A stretch of DNA of 64,000 bases, taken from NCBI RefSeq assembly GCF_009914755.1, contig NC_060935.1. One strand, given 5' to 3'. Shown piece after piece: positions 13,103 to 28,076 of this stretch. A program made the position numbers and the translations under genes. Under the pieces are notes generated by a model. It had not been told where the DNA came from and made no database searches. It was given only the letters and a program-made list of their open reading frames with translations. This DNA comes from the human T2T-CHM13v2.0 reference genome, Homo sapiens. Positions within the stretch are counted from its first letter, which is position 1. Every line of letters begins with the position of its first letter.

Positions 13103-14450
13103 ATCATTTATTCATTCACTCATTCATTCACTCAAGCAAACATATTTGTTGATTAGTTAGCATATGAGAAGTTACATGAATATAATAATGAAAAAGATAG
13201 ACAAGATCCCTATTCCCCTAAACCTTATTTACCGACATGGAGACCAACAATTAAACAGATTTACACATAAGCAGACTATTTATAGATTGTGATAAGATTA
13301 TGATGGCCACAAAGAGATCAATGAGCTGGAGAGTAACTGAAAAAAGTCATTTCAAATAAAACAGCAATGGCCTTTGGGAGAAGGTGCTCCCTGAGCTGAT
13401 ATTTGAAGAAGGGACCAGCCCTGCTGCAAAAAGCTGGAGGAAGGGTGTTTCAAGTGCATGGCAAATGCAAATTTCCAGAGCTGCTCAGAAATAAAGGGAA
13501 GGCAGTGGAATTGAAGCATAGTTAGAGACAAGAAGAAATTTGAGATAAGAAGAAAGAAGTAGGCTATAAAACTGAGTGTGGACAGTATTTGAAATGCCAT
13601 AGGATAGTGTTGACAGAGTTTAATCTAGGGAGTAATGCACTCTGATTCACAATTCTAAGAGATGACGTTGGCTGCCTGTGAGCAGATGTCGTAACGCTAG
13701 AACAGGGAGATTATTTGACGTCTGTCACCATAATCTGCAGAAGCAAGGGTAGCTCAGACTAGAGTGATGGCCATAAAGTTGGAGAGGATTAAAAGTATCT
13801 GACATATATTTTGAAAGCAAAACCAATGGAATTTGATGATGGAAGAAAGGTGGAGAATGAGGGCACAGTATATTTATGTGCAATGTAACAATGGTATTTG
13901 GCTTGATGCACTGTGATGCCATTTTATTAAATGGGAAAAATGGAAAGAAAGAAGACAGAAAAAAGATGTTTGGATAGGAAAAGGTTATCATCAGCTCCAC
14001 ATTGGACAGATTTTGTTTGATATGTCTATGAATATTTCCAAGTGGAAATATACAAGTTTGGTACTTAGGTCAGCCTGAGAGATTTAGATAGGGCAGTCAT
14101 CACCGTAGCAATGGTTTCTAAAGGCATCACACTGAATAAGAGTGCCTAGGGAGAATATGTAATTCACAAAAGGAAAAGGGCTCAAGACTGAGCTCTAGGA
14201 CATTTCAACATTTAGAGGTCAGGTGGAGAACTGTCAAAGGGGCAACTGAGAAGGTGCAGCCAGTGGGGTGGAAGGCAAATCAGAAGAGTGTGTTGTCTTG
14301 GAATCCTAGGGAGGAAAGTGGTTCAAGATGACAGAAGTGCTCATACTGTGTCAAATGCTAAGATCTGGCAACAGGGAGTACCCTGATTACCTTCAACAAA
14401 GTTATTTTAATGGAGTTGGGAGGCAGGAAAGACAAATTTGAATGAGCTTC
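13103..14450 (-). mobile_element. L2 LINE relic
   Basis: (TCAT)n 3' tail on the plus strand followed by the purine-rich antisense L2 body (GAGCTGATATTTGAAGAAGG..., TTTAGAGGTCAGGTGGAG...). Confidence 0.7.
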
Positions 14451-15330
14451 ATAGTAAAATGGTGCCAATAACAAAATAGACTACTTTTGAATATGTCCAG
14501 GTCCTTTGCTTGAGATAGTTATGAGCTTAGACTTTGTACTGAACTGAGTTTAGAATCAAGGTCTCAGGTTCCTTTTCTTTAAAATATGGATATTGGTTTC
14601 GCCTTCTTCATGGAATTATTTTGAAGCATACTTTAGATAACATATCTAGAAGACTTATAAGAAGTACCTGGCTCATGATTTGTGCTCAGTAAATGCGGAT
14701 ATTGAATTAGAACTTTTGACTGAAGCATAAAGATACAATCAATTTGAAATTCCAAAATGAGATGCCCGCTCACTGTGGAGCATTTGCCAATTAGGATTTC
14801 TTTGTGTGACTCTTGAATTTTCCTTACCCGCAGAGCCGCTAGAAAGGAGTCAAATATTTAGGAGGTTTTTGTAAAAGGAATTTCTGAGCGCGCCATGGGA
14901 GTCCTGTTGGCCCATGCCCAGAGGTCTCTTGCAAAACTTCCTGTATGATTTTGGCAGTTGTGGGATACGGTGGGCCCTCATCTGATTCACACTTAGAAAA
15001 TCAAGAGGGCACCAGAGGAGGGCTTACGAGCTGCTTAGGAAAAAGGAGACCACAGCTACTTCACTGGGGTTATGAGCCAGGCGGTAGCCCCATAGAATAA
15101 GAGCCAGCTTGGGGGCATTAAAATTCTTTCCTAGTAGACTTTGAAGGAGTGCAGATCCCCATAGAAAAAGTCTGTGTGGGGTGAACTGATGACTCTACCA
15201 ACAAGGAGCAGAATGTATGGTCCTCCATATGAAAATTGCCTTGTAGGGGCTCTGCAGGAGACACTCTCAGAACCCCAGAAAACATCCCAAGACTATAGAA
15301 TCAACGCCTTAAGATAGTTCCATGAGATAA

Positions 15331-15654
<324 letters not shown>

Positions 15655-17465
15655 GAGATAAGCACTTTTCTATGCACAAGTTTAGCATTCCTCTCTTCTT
15701 TCTGTTCCCCTCATCAGCCCCCAGCAGAGTTGAAAACAACAGTAGTGAGTGAGAGACATAAACAAAGGCAGCAGAAGCAGTGAGCTACGCTGCCTTTCTA
15801 CATGACAGGAAGATCCCCTGCCACAGACAGGCTGGGGAGAAAAGAAGCTTGGTCTTTGCATGGAGAGTGAAGTGCTGATTACCATATTGGATTAGATTTG
15901 TGTGAATAAGTCTCAGTAGGTGTGCCTGCCATACACACATCTTCAGCTACTGTAGCAGCCCTTGGTGGTCCTGGCCCTTGGAGCTCTGCTGTACAACTTT
16001 AGGGGTCTCAGCTCTGGAGAAGACTGGCTTGCTTAGGCTCCCAGCTGCCTTATTTACTATGAGACTTCAACCAGGCTGTCTAACCTCTCTGGTCTCAGTT
16101 TTCTCATAACACTATTTTCTACTTCTTGGCACTTATATGAGGATTAAACAAAACAAGGTGGAAAAAGTTTAGAATATTTGTTCTAAATAGAGCTGATAAA
16201 TATGACCTGTTGTTATGACTTTCACTGACAGTTCAATAGAGGCATATTAATAAACCATCCTGGCATTTCCAACCATAGTAATAACCTAAGGAGGATTGGG
16301 CAAAGATGTTGATGAATCCCTATCACAATGCTAGGTAATACAGATTTAAGTCTAGGTGCTCACAATGGGCAGATAATCACTTGTAGCAGTTCCAGGCCTC
16401 ATATCTCCCTCCCTCTGTATTCAGCCCATCTTCACCCTCGAACTCTTCTCCAGATCATGTAGATCAATTCCAATTTGCCCTTTCTTCCCAGTGAATTCTC
16501 ACATTAATTCATATGTTATTCCTTTATCCATGATCTCAGCCCCTGTTGTAGTTGACAGTCTCCTTGAAGACAGAGGCCCTAGGACCATATCTGTTCACCA
16601 GTGGGCATTGCTGTAACACACAATTCTCCGATTCACTTTACTTGTTGACTCAGCAAACATTTTCCCCAAACACTTGAAGCTTCAGAAGAGAGGCCACGGG
16701 CTGGATTGGTGGTTTGTGGATTCAATTCCCCTTTCATTCCTATAAATAGCTGTTTTAATTTGAGGCTGGGGCCCATTTCTATGGGAACCTGGCACTTTCA
16801 CTGCCTACAAATCAAGGATGTCAATCTTCCCTGCTGTCAACCTTTAACCAGAGCCAATTGCACGGGGATTTGTGTTGCCCACTTCAGTGTCCTTGGGCTA
16901 TTTCCTTTCTGGTTTGCCTGGTCTTGGCTAAAAGTTCTGGAATCACTTCCCAGGAAACATTAAACTTTCTCTGCCATATATGTTCATGCTCACAACTCCT
17001 TAGAGTTTGACAAATTGTTTCAGTTCCCACCAAAGCCAGCTTATCTTGGCAAATCCATCAGACCTGCCAGCATTTCACAGAGGTTGTATAGAGGGGAGGA
17101 TATCTTGTCTCAAATGGGAGCTCCTTTCTAGGTAGAATACTAATACATTTGCAATGTTCTGAGTCACAATGAGTACCTAGCACATTGTAGGCAATAACAA
17201 TGACAACAGTTTTTATTGTTTTGGGATGCATATCCTAGGAAATGCTCTGAAATGCATTTTAGAGGCATCAACCTTAGCTATATTTTATACTTTGCCGTTT
17301 TAGTTGTGGCTCAAGTACCTTGGATCTAGTAGCTAGCAATACATTTGGTACTATACTTCAACAAATTCACTGAGTATTTAGGGAGCCTATTATGTGAAGA
17401 CATTGTGCAAAGCCAACAGGGGATACCAAGATGAACAACGTGAGGTTCTCATCCTAGAGAGATGT

Positions 17466-17842
17466 TGATATGGTTTTGTTGTGTCCCCACCCAGATCACA
17501 TCTTGAATTGTAACTCCCACAGCTTCCACATGTTATGGGAGGAACCTGGTGAGAGGTGATTGAATTATGAGGGTGGGTCCTTCCTGAGCTGTTCTTGTGA
17601 TAGAGTGAATGGGTCACACGAGATCTGATAATTTTAAAAAAGAGGAGTTCCCCTGCACAAACTCTTTCTCTCTTTGCCTGCCACAATCCATGTAAGATGT
17701 GATTTGCTCCTCCTTGCCTTCTGCCATGATTGTGAGGCCTCCCCAGCCACATGGAACTGTGAGTCTAATTAAACCTCATTCTCTTGTAAATTGCCCAGTC
17801 TTGGGTATGTCTTTACTAGCAGTGTGAAAGCAGATTAATACA
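17466..17842 (+). mobile_element. THE1 (THE1B/C-like) MaLR solo LTR
   Basis: TGATATGGTTT...CTAATACA-type termini (TG...CA), 377 bp, perfect 5-bp TSD GATGT. Confidence 0.93.
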
Positions 17843-18363
17843 GATGTATAATCTAGAACATAAGTACACCAACAACTAAGAACAAGCCTTGACTAGAACA
17901 AGAGCCATGGGAGCAATAGGTGGTGAGCTCCATGAGTTTAGAAGAGAGGGAGATATCATGACTGGTCCCACAATCAGCAAAGCATTTTTAAGGAGGTGAC
18001 ATTAGCGAAGAAGGATTTTTAGGTGAGAGACAACCTCGGTAAACAATATCTAGGAAGGATTTCCTTCCTAAAGAAAAGAACAGGTTGGAGTGAGTGGAGG
18101 GTATTGAAAAGAGAAATAAATAAAGCCTTGAATCGAGGGTGAGGAAAGAGTTTTTTCTCAGCCACTAACAGACTATCTGAGCTTAATGAGTCACTGAAGG
18201 GCACAGAGCCCAGGTTTATCTGTAAGATAAGAAGTTTGAGTTTTGTAACCTTAATGTCTAGTGGTCTTTTGTTTTCCCTTGCTAAATAGCCAGGGCTTTT
18301 TAAGGCTTTCTAGTTGTGAGATATGTATTTCTATGGGGCGGTAAGTAGAGTATCTCTCTCTGG

Positions 18364-18664
<301 letters not shown>

Positions 18665-19500
18665 GAGTGTCTGTCTTATCTAATAACGGGAAGTTCTCAC
18701 TGCTTCTCCTTCAAATTGTAATTTTTGTTTGTTTGTTTTAAGGTCCTAGGTTTGAAAGAGCATGAATATTTTAGGTTTGTCTTCAGCAAACCCATCCAGA
18801 ATTATACTCTCCTGTCAGACTTTTTCCCCAGTGTAGGCTGACCTTCTCACTGGCTCGTGAAGCACTTTATGAGCCATTCTTCTTCTCACCTTCTTACTGG
18901 TTCTCATGTTGATGGGTCCTCCTAATACCCACCTCATCCAACTGAGCTTCCCCAACAAGAATTCTTCATGCTGCTGCTCAAATTTCACCTTCCTTAAAAG
19001 TCTTCACTAATTTCTGCAGATCCATGGTTTCTTCTGTCTCTCTTTAAGTAGAAAAGCTATTTTCACTTGCAGGCAACTGAGCTGTGGGAATTGTCATTTT
19101 CATATTCTGTTTCAGGAGCATAAGTCTCCCAGCACAACAGCCTGCACGCTCCTTGGTGGGGCATATCCCACCCTTGCTTAGTGTCAGCAATGCCTTATTT
19201 AGTTCTGGAACATCGCTCTATCAACGCTTACTGATAAATCATTGTATCATGGAAGCCATAAGACTTCTCTAACTTCAAGTACAAATTCAGATAAGCAAAG
19301 AGATTCCTCTGTATGACCATGTTACTGTGGAGAGCTGTCAACCAGTTTTCCAGGGAAAACTTGAATTTTTGTTTTTTTTTTTAAATCTCTGGGAGGGAAG
19401 GAAGAAGAGGTTAGATATGTTTCCTCAGTAAGCTCTTCCTGGTTTCCTCATGTCACCTGACTGCTGTATGGAGAGTCACCGCTATACCTCTCCTTCCTGA

Positions 19501-20310
19501 TGAAAGATGAAGTCAGCTGGACTGCCTGGGTCGAGTGGGGCATTGGAGAACTTTTCTGTCTAACTAGAGGATTGTAAATGCACCAATCAGTGCTCTGTGT
19601 CTAGCTAAAGGATTGAAAATGCACCAATCATCACTCTGTAAAAATGCACCAATCAGCGCTCTGTGTCTAGCTAAAGGTTTGTAAATGCACCAATCAGGAC
19701 TCTGTAAAATGGACCAATCAGCAGGAGGTGGGTTGGACCAATTAACAGAATAAAAGCTGGCCACCCTGAGCCAGCAGTGGCAACCTACTCAGGTCCCCTT
19801 CCATGCTGTGGAAGCTTTGTTCTTTCATCCTTCACAATAAAGCTTGCTGCTGCTCACTCTTTGGGTCCACACTACCTTTAAGAGCTGTAACACTCACTGT
19901 GAAGGTCTGCGGCTTCACTCCTGAAGTCAGGGAGACCATGAACTCACTGGGAGGAGCAAACAACTCTGGATGCGCCACCTTAAAGAGCTGTAACATGCAC
20001 TGCGAAGGTCCGCAGCTTCATTCTTGAAGTCAGCGAGACCACGAAACCACCGGGAGGAAGGAACAACTCTGGACGTGCCACTGTTAAGAACTGTAACACT
20101 CACTGCAAAGGTCTGTGGCATCACTCCTGAAGTCAGTGAGACCACGAACACACCGGAAGGAAGAAACTCTGGACACATCTAAACATCTGAAGGAACAAAC
20201 TCTGGACACACCATCTTTAAGAACTATAACACTCACTGTGAGGGTCTGTGGCTTCATTCTTGAAGTCAACGAGACCAAGAACCCACCAGAAGGAACCAAT
20301 TCTGGAAACA
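19501..20310 (+). mobile_element. LTR12-family (HERV9/ERV9) solo LTR
   Basis: Starts TGAAAGATGAAGTCAGCTGG. Contains tandem GCACCAATCAG...CTCTGTGTCTAGCTAAAGG enhancer units, an AATAAAA TATA-like box at 19749, AATAAA at 19836 and U5 repeats (GTAACACTCACTG.GAAGGTC). Ends AATTCTGGAAACA; flanks CTGA / CTGG. Confidence 0.93.
19580..19755 (+). promoter_or_regulatory. LTR12 U3 CCAAT (NF-Y) array and TATA-like box
   Basis: Six CCAAT motifs (about 19583, 19624, 19649, 19690, 19714, 19738) upstream of AATAAAA. ERV9 LTR promoter architecture is established; activity here is unproven. Confidence 0.6.
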
Positions 20311-21339
20311 CTGGGTTGGACTGACTCAGAATGTAAGTTCACCAAAAGGAAGCAATCAACACTTCAGGACTTTCACAGATTTTCCATGACTGAAAAATCA
20401 ACCTGTCTGGTTCATTAAATGAGTTGTAAATATGGAGAAGGCAATAGACAATTAGACACGGTGGTGTTATATATTAATTGGCATTGTGTAAAAGGATTTG
20501 GAAGGGCTCTGCAAATGACAGTTCCAGGGCTCTTCCAGGAGGTGCATTCTTCTCATGGGGCTGAAAGCTAGAATGGCTAAAAATCCCCATGTGAGTTCTG
20601 TGCATTTGAAATGACAGAATTAAAACCCTGAAAACATCCACTGCTAAAAACACACAAAAAATTCCTCTTAAAAATAATTTAATACATATTTAAGAAAGGA
20701 ATTAGCTTCCCTGAAGGAGGCTTAGTAAGTGGTGAAATTCAGTCATGGAGTCTCGGCCCTAATTTATGCTAAGTGGACAATGATTGATGCCAAATTGCAG
20801 AGGAATACCTAAGAAATTACCTACCACAGTAACACAAATATCAGAAAAATTTATCATAATTAATGGCATTGCGTTGAGAACCAAAGGAAGGGTGAGGAAC
20901 GTGCATTTCTTATAAAGTGCTGACTATATTATTTGCTTCAGGTAATAATAATTACAGCACCCAGGCTTGCTAAATCGCCACGGTTAACATGCGGGAGTTG
21001 TAAACAAAGACACTAGCTATAGGCAGGTTCAGTTTAATCTTTAGCCTGAATGCAAGCTGCCTGTTTGTATAACATATCATGTGTCAGCGCAATCCTCCTA
21101 TGTTTTGGAGGACTGGAGGTTAGCAGGAGCAAGATAATGCAAATCCCTAATGAGATCCCCCATCACCGGCTGGGGCTTTTCTAAAGAGATCTTCAGGGTA
21201 TCAGAATAAAGCGAGAGCTCAAATAATCACTTTGGATTTCTACAATATCTATCACTCCTAACCTCAAAGTTTACAGAACCGGGGAAGTGGTACACATTTT
21301 TTTCAAATAAAAACAAAACGAGGGAAGAAACTGGCATAT

Positions 21340-21530
21340 TTTTATTTGTATGTGTCATCTGAGATACTTTATGCCCAATCTCTTATTTAACCCTCATGAC
21401 CATCCTGTGGTAGTAGAATTATTATTTCTATTTTACAAGTAAAGAATCGAGGTGAGGGAACATCCTGTAAACTTGTACCAGGTCACGCAGCTGGTAAGAA
21501 GCAGAGAGAGGACTACATCCAGATTCAGGA
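21340..21530 (-). mobile_element. MIR SINE
   Basis: TTATTTAACCCTCATGACCATCCTGTG...ATTTTACAAGTAAAGAATCGAGG...AGGTCACGCAGCTGGTAAG. Confidence 0.7.
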
Positions 21531-22391
21531 CCCCCCTGTCTTCCCATCCCAGAGAGATCAGCCTGCTGCCTAGTATAGAACTGTGGTTTCCCTCTAGTGG
21601 GGCACCTATTTACTGAGAATATTTTGGTCCTTACTTCTGCACTACCACAAAGCCCTGTGGAAGTCATTCCTATGCCATATGACTCAGTGTCCTCATTTGT
21701 TAAATGTGTGAACCCTTATTCCAAATATAAATTCAACAGGGTAATTTTGCCAGAGCATTTTTAATAGGATTAATACTATATTACTGAACAGTGCTATGTG
21801 CCTAGCATTTGTATGATATACAACGTGTGTGTGTGTTTCAGGAGTGGTTGATTTACATTGATCCATTCACATTCTCTCATCTCGTAGGTATTGGCATGTA
21901 GATACTGTCTCACTCCATGGTATCAGTGGCCGGTCATAGTTTTTATGGCCTCAATGCCCCCAGGAATCAGGCTGGGGACCTGCACTGGTCCTTACTAACC
22001 CCATTAACCCTGATAGATATTTGCAAGAAGGACTGCTGGCATAGGCTGAAGTCTACCTTGGAGCTTTTCACTCACTTGGAGCTACTTTTAGTTGAAATTC
22101 CCAGGTTGTGACATGGCCGTAACCTCAAGGGGTGGTGGAATTATCCACAGCTCCTCCAGGATGGTTTTTATACATGTCTCATGGAAGGACCACATCATAT
22201 TTTACAGCATGTATCTCCGTGCATATGTGCATGACCCCAGAGCCTCTGGCAGGCTGGTGAGGCCCATAGTTTCTTCACAGGATAACTAATTCATCCTGTG
22301 AGGACACTCCCATATCCTGACAACAGGCAAGGTTCTAGGATTGCTCTTCTGGGCCGCCATCAAAGCACTTGGATTATTCGTCCTCTGATGA

Positions 22392-22859
<468 letters not shown>

Positions 22860-23709
22860 TAAAACACCCTGAATGGGCATCACTGGCATCAAACCCACAA
22901 GCCTGGTCTTATTATTACAGTGCCCAAATCACCAGAGCTAACCTGGAGACCTCAGTCTAATCTCCAGAAAGAAGAGGATCCAAGAGCAACACCACGAAGG
23001 TCAGAAAATTGGCATCTTGTGTCAAGTTAGAATCCATTGACTGCCTTGTGTTTCCTTTGCTAGTTGTACTTTGGTGTGAGAAATGAGCAGAGATACAGAA
23101 ACAAGAAAGTGACTTAACTTGTAAGGTTCTTGGTCCCTGTCCCCACCCTGCCCCCACAAGGAAGTGTTATCTTCAGAGCGGCTGCTGCTGTCATCCTGAC
23201 GGTTGTTCTTTTTCTCTGATAGATACCACGCAGCTCCTTTAATGGAGCGTATACTATATGCAGAGAGTTGATAAACCTAATGACCAGGAAAGCCACCGTG
23301 GGCTTTCTTGACTTTGGACTGACTTCCAGAGCCTAGAGCCTAAAGAAAGTCAAGCAGCGTTCAACTTTATCCTTAGCATAACTTTGCCAGCAGTTTCCCG
23401 AACAGTTTGAAAGAATGGCAAAGGAAAACAGAGAGCTCCATAAGAGGTGACATCCCACCAGAAAGGACTGTGGGCATGTCAGAGCTTCTCTAGGGAGGTC
23501 TGAAGAGTAGTCATTTCCTAAAAGAAACTGAATTTGGTGCTTATTTTCCGATGACCAGAAAAGAAACATGTGTGTTGGGATGAAGGCAGAGGACAGCAAA
23601 GGAAGATATTTGGTCCTGAATTTAGTTTCCCGAGAAGCAGGATCAGCTGAGAAAATTTTACAAAATATATGCCAAGAGAGTACTTAGAGTGGAAAGATTA
23701 CATAGTCTT

Positions 23710-23910
23710 TGGGCACAGTTTCAAATTTGGACACAACTCTTGCTATGTGACTTTAGGCAGTGATTGACACTCTCTAAGCCTCAGTTCCCTCCCATGTCAT
23801 ATGGAAAAGCATGGCTCTGCAGTGCATTGCAGTAGGAACTAAGTAAATAATATATTCAAAGTCCTAGTGAAATGCCTGTCACCTAACGGGTACTCGGTAA
23901 ATATTTAGTT
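23710..23910 (+). mobile_element. MIR SINE
   Basis: Core TGTGACTTTAGGCAGTGATTGACACTCTCTAAGCCTCAGTTCCCTC. Confidence 0.7.
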
Positions 23911-26191
23911 TCTGGTACCTATCTATAGTGGTGAACATGCAACTTCATGTTCTTTCTACCTTGAATACTTTCCTGCTTTTGCATGTGCCTGGGACCTCTG
24001 TATCTATCAAACTCTACAAAGGAGGATCCATCACTGTGAAACTTTCTTGACTCTCCAAACTGAGTTACTCTCCTTCCTCAGGTCTACATCCCAGTTTTGT
24101 TATCACACTTATATTATTGTATGCAACACCACGTATTACAATTATTTGTATATTTGCCTTTACCTATAATGTGTTCTTTGAAACAAAAGCCTCTTGTCAC
24201 ATTCTTCTCTATGACCTGAGGTAAGTAGGGCTTGTGTTATGAATACTGTAAGTCATAAGTAGGAGGCAACTTGGTAGTTTGGTTGTTTATTTCAATATAG
24301 ATAAATCTGGGAAAGTGGAATGCTTTTGGTGGGGACTACAATGGTATATTGGAAGCAAATATTATGAAAAGATAATGTGGTGGTCAGGGCCAAGGTCAGC
24401 CAAACCAAAGCTAGTACTTCCAATAAACTGAAATTGTAGAGAACTGGTTGTACTTTCACTACTGAAGGGAGCTATTCATTCACATCAGGCCTCAGATTAT
24501 TAAAACATCTTGTATGCTCTATTGGGAAACTAAGAGATATGATTAAAAATATATAAATATGTCCTTGAAAACTAACTCAGCAATATTTATGGGTAATTAG
24601 GCGAGTGTAAGAGAAAAATAGGAGGAGTAAGGAATGAGTTCAGTGGTTTCCATCTGTGATTCAGGTGAAAAGGCTGTGTGGAGAGAAACAGGGGATCCAT
24701 CTGGGGTCCTGGGGCTTTGTGTAGGAGTACCATTGTTTCATGAAGAAATAAACACACCTGTGCTCGGAGCTTGCCAGCAAAGCCAATCTGTTTCACATTT
24801 TAAACTCACTCAATTATAAAATCTATGGGTCTCTCCGGAATAGAAGTGTGTCAGGATAACATCCCCCCATCTCCAAATTAGTGGCAACAACCCAATAATA
24901 CCATTGCCCAAGCTAATGCTTTTATCAAATGTGTGTGTCTGCAGAGCTTGCCAGCCTGGATAGCAGCATGAGGATCTTAGTGTGGTTCCCATCTCATCCC
25001 ATTGACTAGGACCTAGTATCCTTAGTAGTGTAAAATCTGAAGCAAAATCAAAGTGAATTAATAAAAAGGCTTAGAAATTTTGAACAGTGGTTGCCTTTGA
25101 AAGTCTGGAAGAATAAAGGTGAGGAAAAATCATCATATGGATATTTTGTATAAAAATGAAGCAAAAGAAGAAGAAAAAAGCCCACCATGTCATTTTCCAG
25201 GGATTTTTTTTTTCACTAGTGTATGAAAAATCGTTGTGTATGTGTGTGTGTGCGTGCTGAGAGGGCAGTGGGATTGGTGATAGTGGTCTCTAGACCCAAT
25301 TCAATGTGTTCATTCAAATTCGTATGAAGCAAAAGCCCATAATTTTTGAAAGCCGGTTTTTTAAATGATTTTTAAGTCACTCGTTTGCTTCTTCAACATA
25401 ATGTGGCTTTCGTAAGGTTAAGGTCTAAGACTAATATAGAACTAGCATAGAACTAATGCTCCTTACAGTGTCTGGAACATGATAGACAGCCAATAAATGA
25501 TTACCGATTAAGTAAAAGATTGGGAGGGAGTAAAAAAGGAAAAAAAGGGAGAGAAAATGTCAATAACTAGCATCTTCTGATAATTCCTAAAGTTTTTTGC
25601 ACTTTTGGAATTAGCTATCCATGGAAATTTATCCCTACGTGTCCCATGATCTAGGATAAGGGTTGGCAGCCTATAGTGTTGGTGGTGGCATTCAAACCAG
25701 CTGGCACTAGTGTATAATCTGGCATAAACTAATATATTCACTCTCATGTCCTGATTTTCCAAGACTCAGAATGTGAACTAACAATCTTACTTCTCTCAAT
25801 TAGAACCTCCCAAATCTCCCCTGATTCATCTTGCCCAAGACTGTCTTTCACATTTGGTATCACCTCCACCCACCAGCACATATAGTTACAGGATTCTTTC
25901 CACATAAGTCATGTGTATTCTAATGTGATATTTTGGAGAAAATGGCCCCATGCTTTGTTGTGTAAACCAAAGGGGTGACTCCAGAGATGCCCATTTCAAT
26001 CCAGGTTGTGGAAAAGAGGCACCAAGTTTTATTTGTATATCTTAATGTATCTGCAGTTATTGGCTTGTCAGCTGCAGTATAGTCAGACATTGCTATAAGT
26101 GCCTACTCAGAATGTTATAAAAATCAGAAAGTCACAGAGTTTGAAGCAGAGGCCAGTCTTTCCCATTAGCCAAGTCATTTTGGTGTTATCA

Positions 26192-26403
26192 TGAGCTGTC
26201 CAACACAGTAATCACTAGACACATGGGGCTATTTAAATGTAAATGTAAGTGAATAAAATAAAATAAAATAAAATTTTAATTTTTGGTAGCACCAGTCATA
26301 TTTCAAGTACTCTGTAGCCCCATGTGGCTAGTGCTACCACATTGGAGACAGCGCAGGTGAAGAACACTTTTATTATTGCACAAAGTTCTATTGGGCAGTC
26401 CTG
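26192..26403 (-). mobile_element. MER3 (hAT-Charlie)
   Basis: GCTGTCCAA...CATGTGGCTAGTGCTACCACATTGGAGACAGCGCAG...AAAGTTCTATTGGGCAG; internally palindromic MER3 structure. Confidence 0.8.
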
Positions 26404-28043
26404 TAGAACTCAGGTGTTTTGGAAAATTTGAAAGAATGAGAGGATACATTTAGGAGACCACCATAATATTTTTGGCACTTGTAGCATTACTAGAAAGCAG
26501 AAAAAATTGGTTTATTTTATTCAAGCTAAAAGATTTTCATGATGTTTGTGACCTCTTATTATTAATAAGATAGGTAACTGTGGCAAATAAACTTGTGTTT
26601 ACTTTGTATTTTTTTTTTCAGCTCACCATGCTGTGCTTTTGTTTCTGGTTAAATATTTGCATTGTTGGTCCTTGGGCCTGAAATTCCATAGAATATAGAA
26701 TTGATTATCCATTCCCTCTTCTGCCATAATAGACGCAAAAACGGCAGGCCAGTAGCAGGCACATGTTGGAACAAGTGGGACCCGAATCGTACTTTGCCCA
26801 TTTATTTTTTTATATAAGCAAAACTCTGATGGGGGTTATGTGGCCCAAATGTTTATAAAATTTATGGAACCGAAACACCTGAGAAATGTTTTAGCTGTAT
26901 AGTCAGCTCATGAGTAACTACGAGTTGTCCTTTTCTTTCTCCTTTTCTGTTTCCTTTTCTTCCTTATTCCTACCTCTCTTTTTTCATCTCTATCTTCCTC
27001 CCTCCACCCCTAAACACATACCTGTTGCATGTTGCTGAGATTCTGAGAAGCGGTCAGTGAATATGACAGACACGGTGCCTGTTATCATGGAGCTCACAGT
27101 CCGGGAAAAAGACAACAGAAAATTACCTACAAAAGTAATTGTTCAAGAATATTCTGATAAGTGTAATAAAGGAAGAATGTAGGCTGATAAAGAAACAAGC
27201 AAAAAACTGTGATGACGGGGAAACTTGACTCTGCCTGGAAGGTAAAACAAGAAATAATAATGGATACCAATAGGTGGATCTTTGGTTTACCCTTAATTAA
27301 TGAATGGGCTTTTCTTCTTCCTACACAACAGGCCAGGCGAAGTGTGCTGTGCAACCACACGGCACTACTGATGTTTCTTGCATGAAGTCTGAGCCCCTCT
27401 GAGCCTTGTGACCTAAATTGCAAGGCTGGTCTCATGAAGCTGTTCTCAGAGCAAGAGTTAAGAATTACTGCAGGTGAGAAGTCTGGAAGACAGTTGGGAA
27501 TGGATGAGGAGTGTGAGGGTGCTGCTGTGAGCCATTTTCTATTACACAAAAATAAATTTGTTCTACCTAGGGCTCAGGAGGGGAAAGATGAGGGCACACA
27601 CATATTTCTTTGTCGGCAGTTATGTTTTCTTGGCAGCTTTGTTACTCGGACCCATCAATGTCAACTCATTGATCCCAACTTAGCTTGTTGGCTCTCTCCA
27701 CTGGTTTAAAAAAATGTTTCTAAATTATACTGGATCCCATGATAAACTATATTCAGCTATCCCCATTGCTGTAGACTTTCCCTGACTTCTGTGGCTACAT
27801 TATGAGTTGTGCTTTTGCCTTTATTCTTATTCTTTTTGTCTTTATTATTGCTCTTTTTATCACAGCACCTTCATCTTTTACCTCCGTCCTGATCAGATTC
27901 TGACTGTTAGTTGCTGATGCCTATGAAATTTGGAATGATTACTTATTAAAAGGTTCAGGGTAATCCTTTGATGTCATCGGATTTAAGAAATATGATAATG
28001 TGTTAAAATACATGTAACATCTTTCTCTGATCGTGTCTGTGCT

Positions 28044-28046
<3 letters not shown>

Positions 28047-28075
<29 letters not shown>
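28047..28075. repeat. (GT)n microsatellite
   Basis: Directly visible. Confidence 0.95.

Positions 28076-28076
<1 letters not shown>

Noticed and set aside
26759-26778. Possible p53/p63 element GCACATGTTG-GAACAAGTGG
   Set aside because: Four mismatches to RRRCWWGYYY x2; expected by chance in 64 kb.
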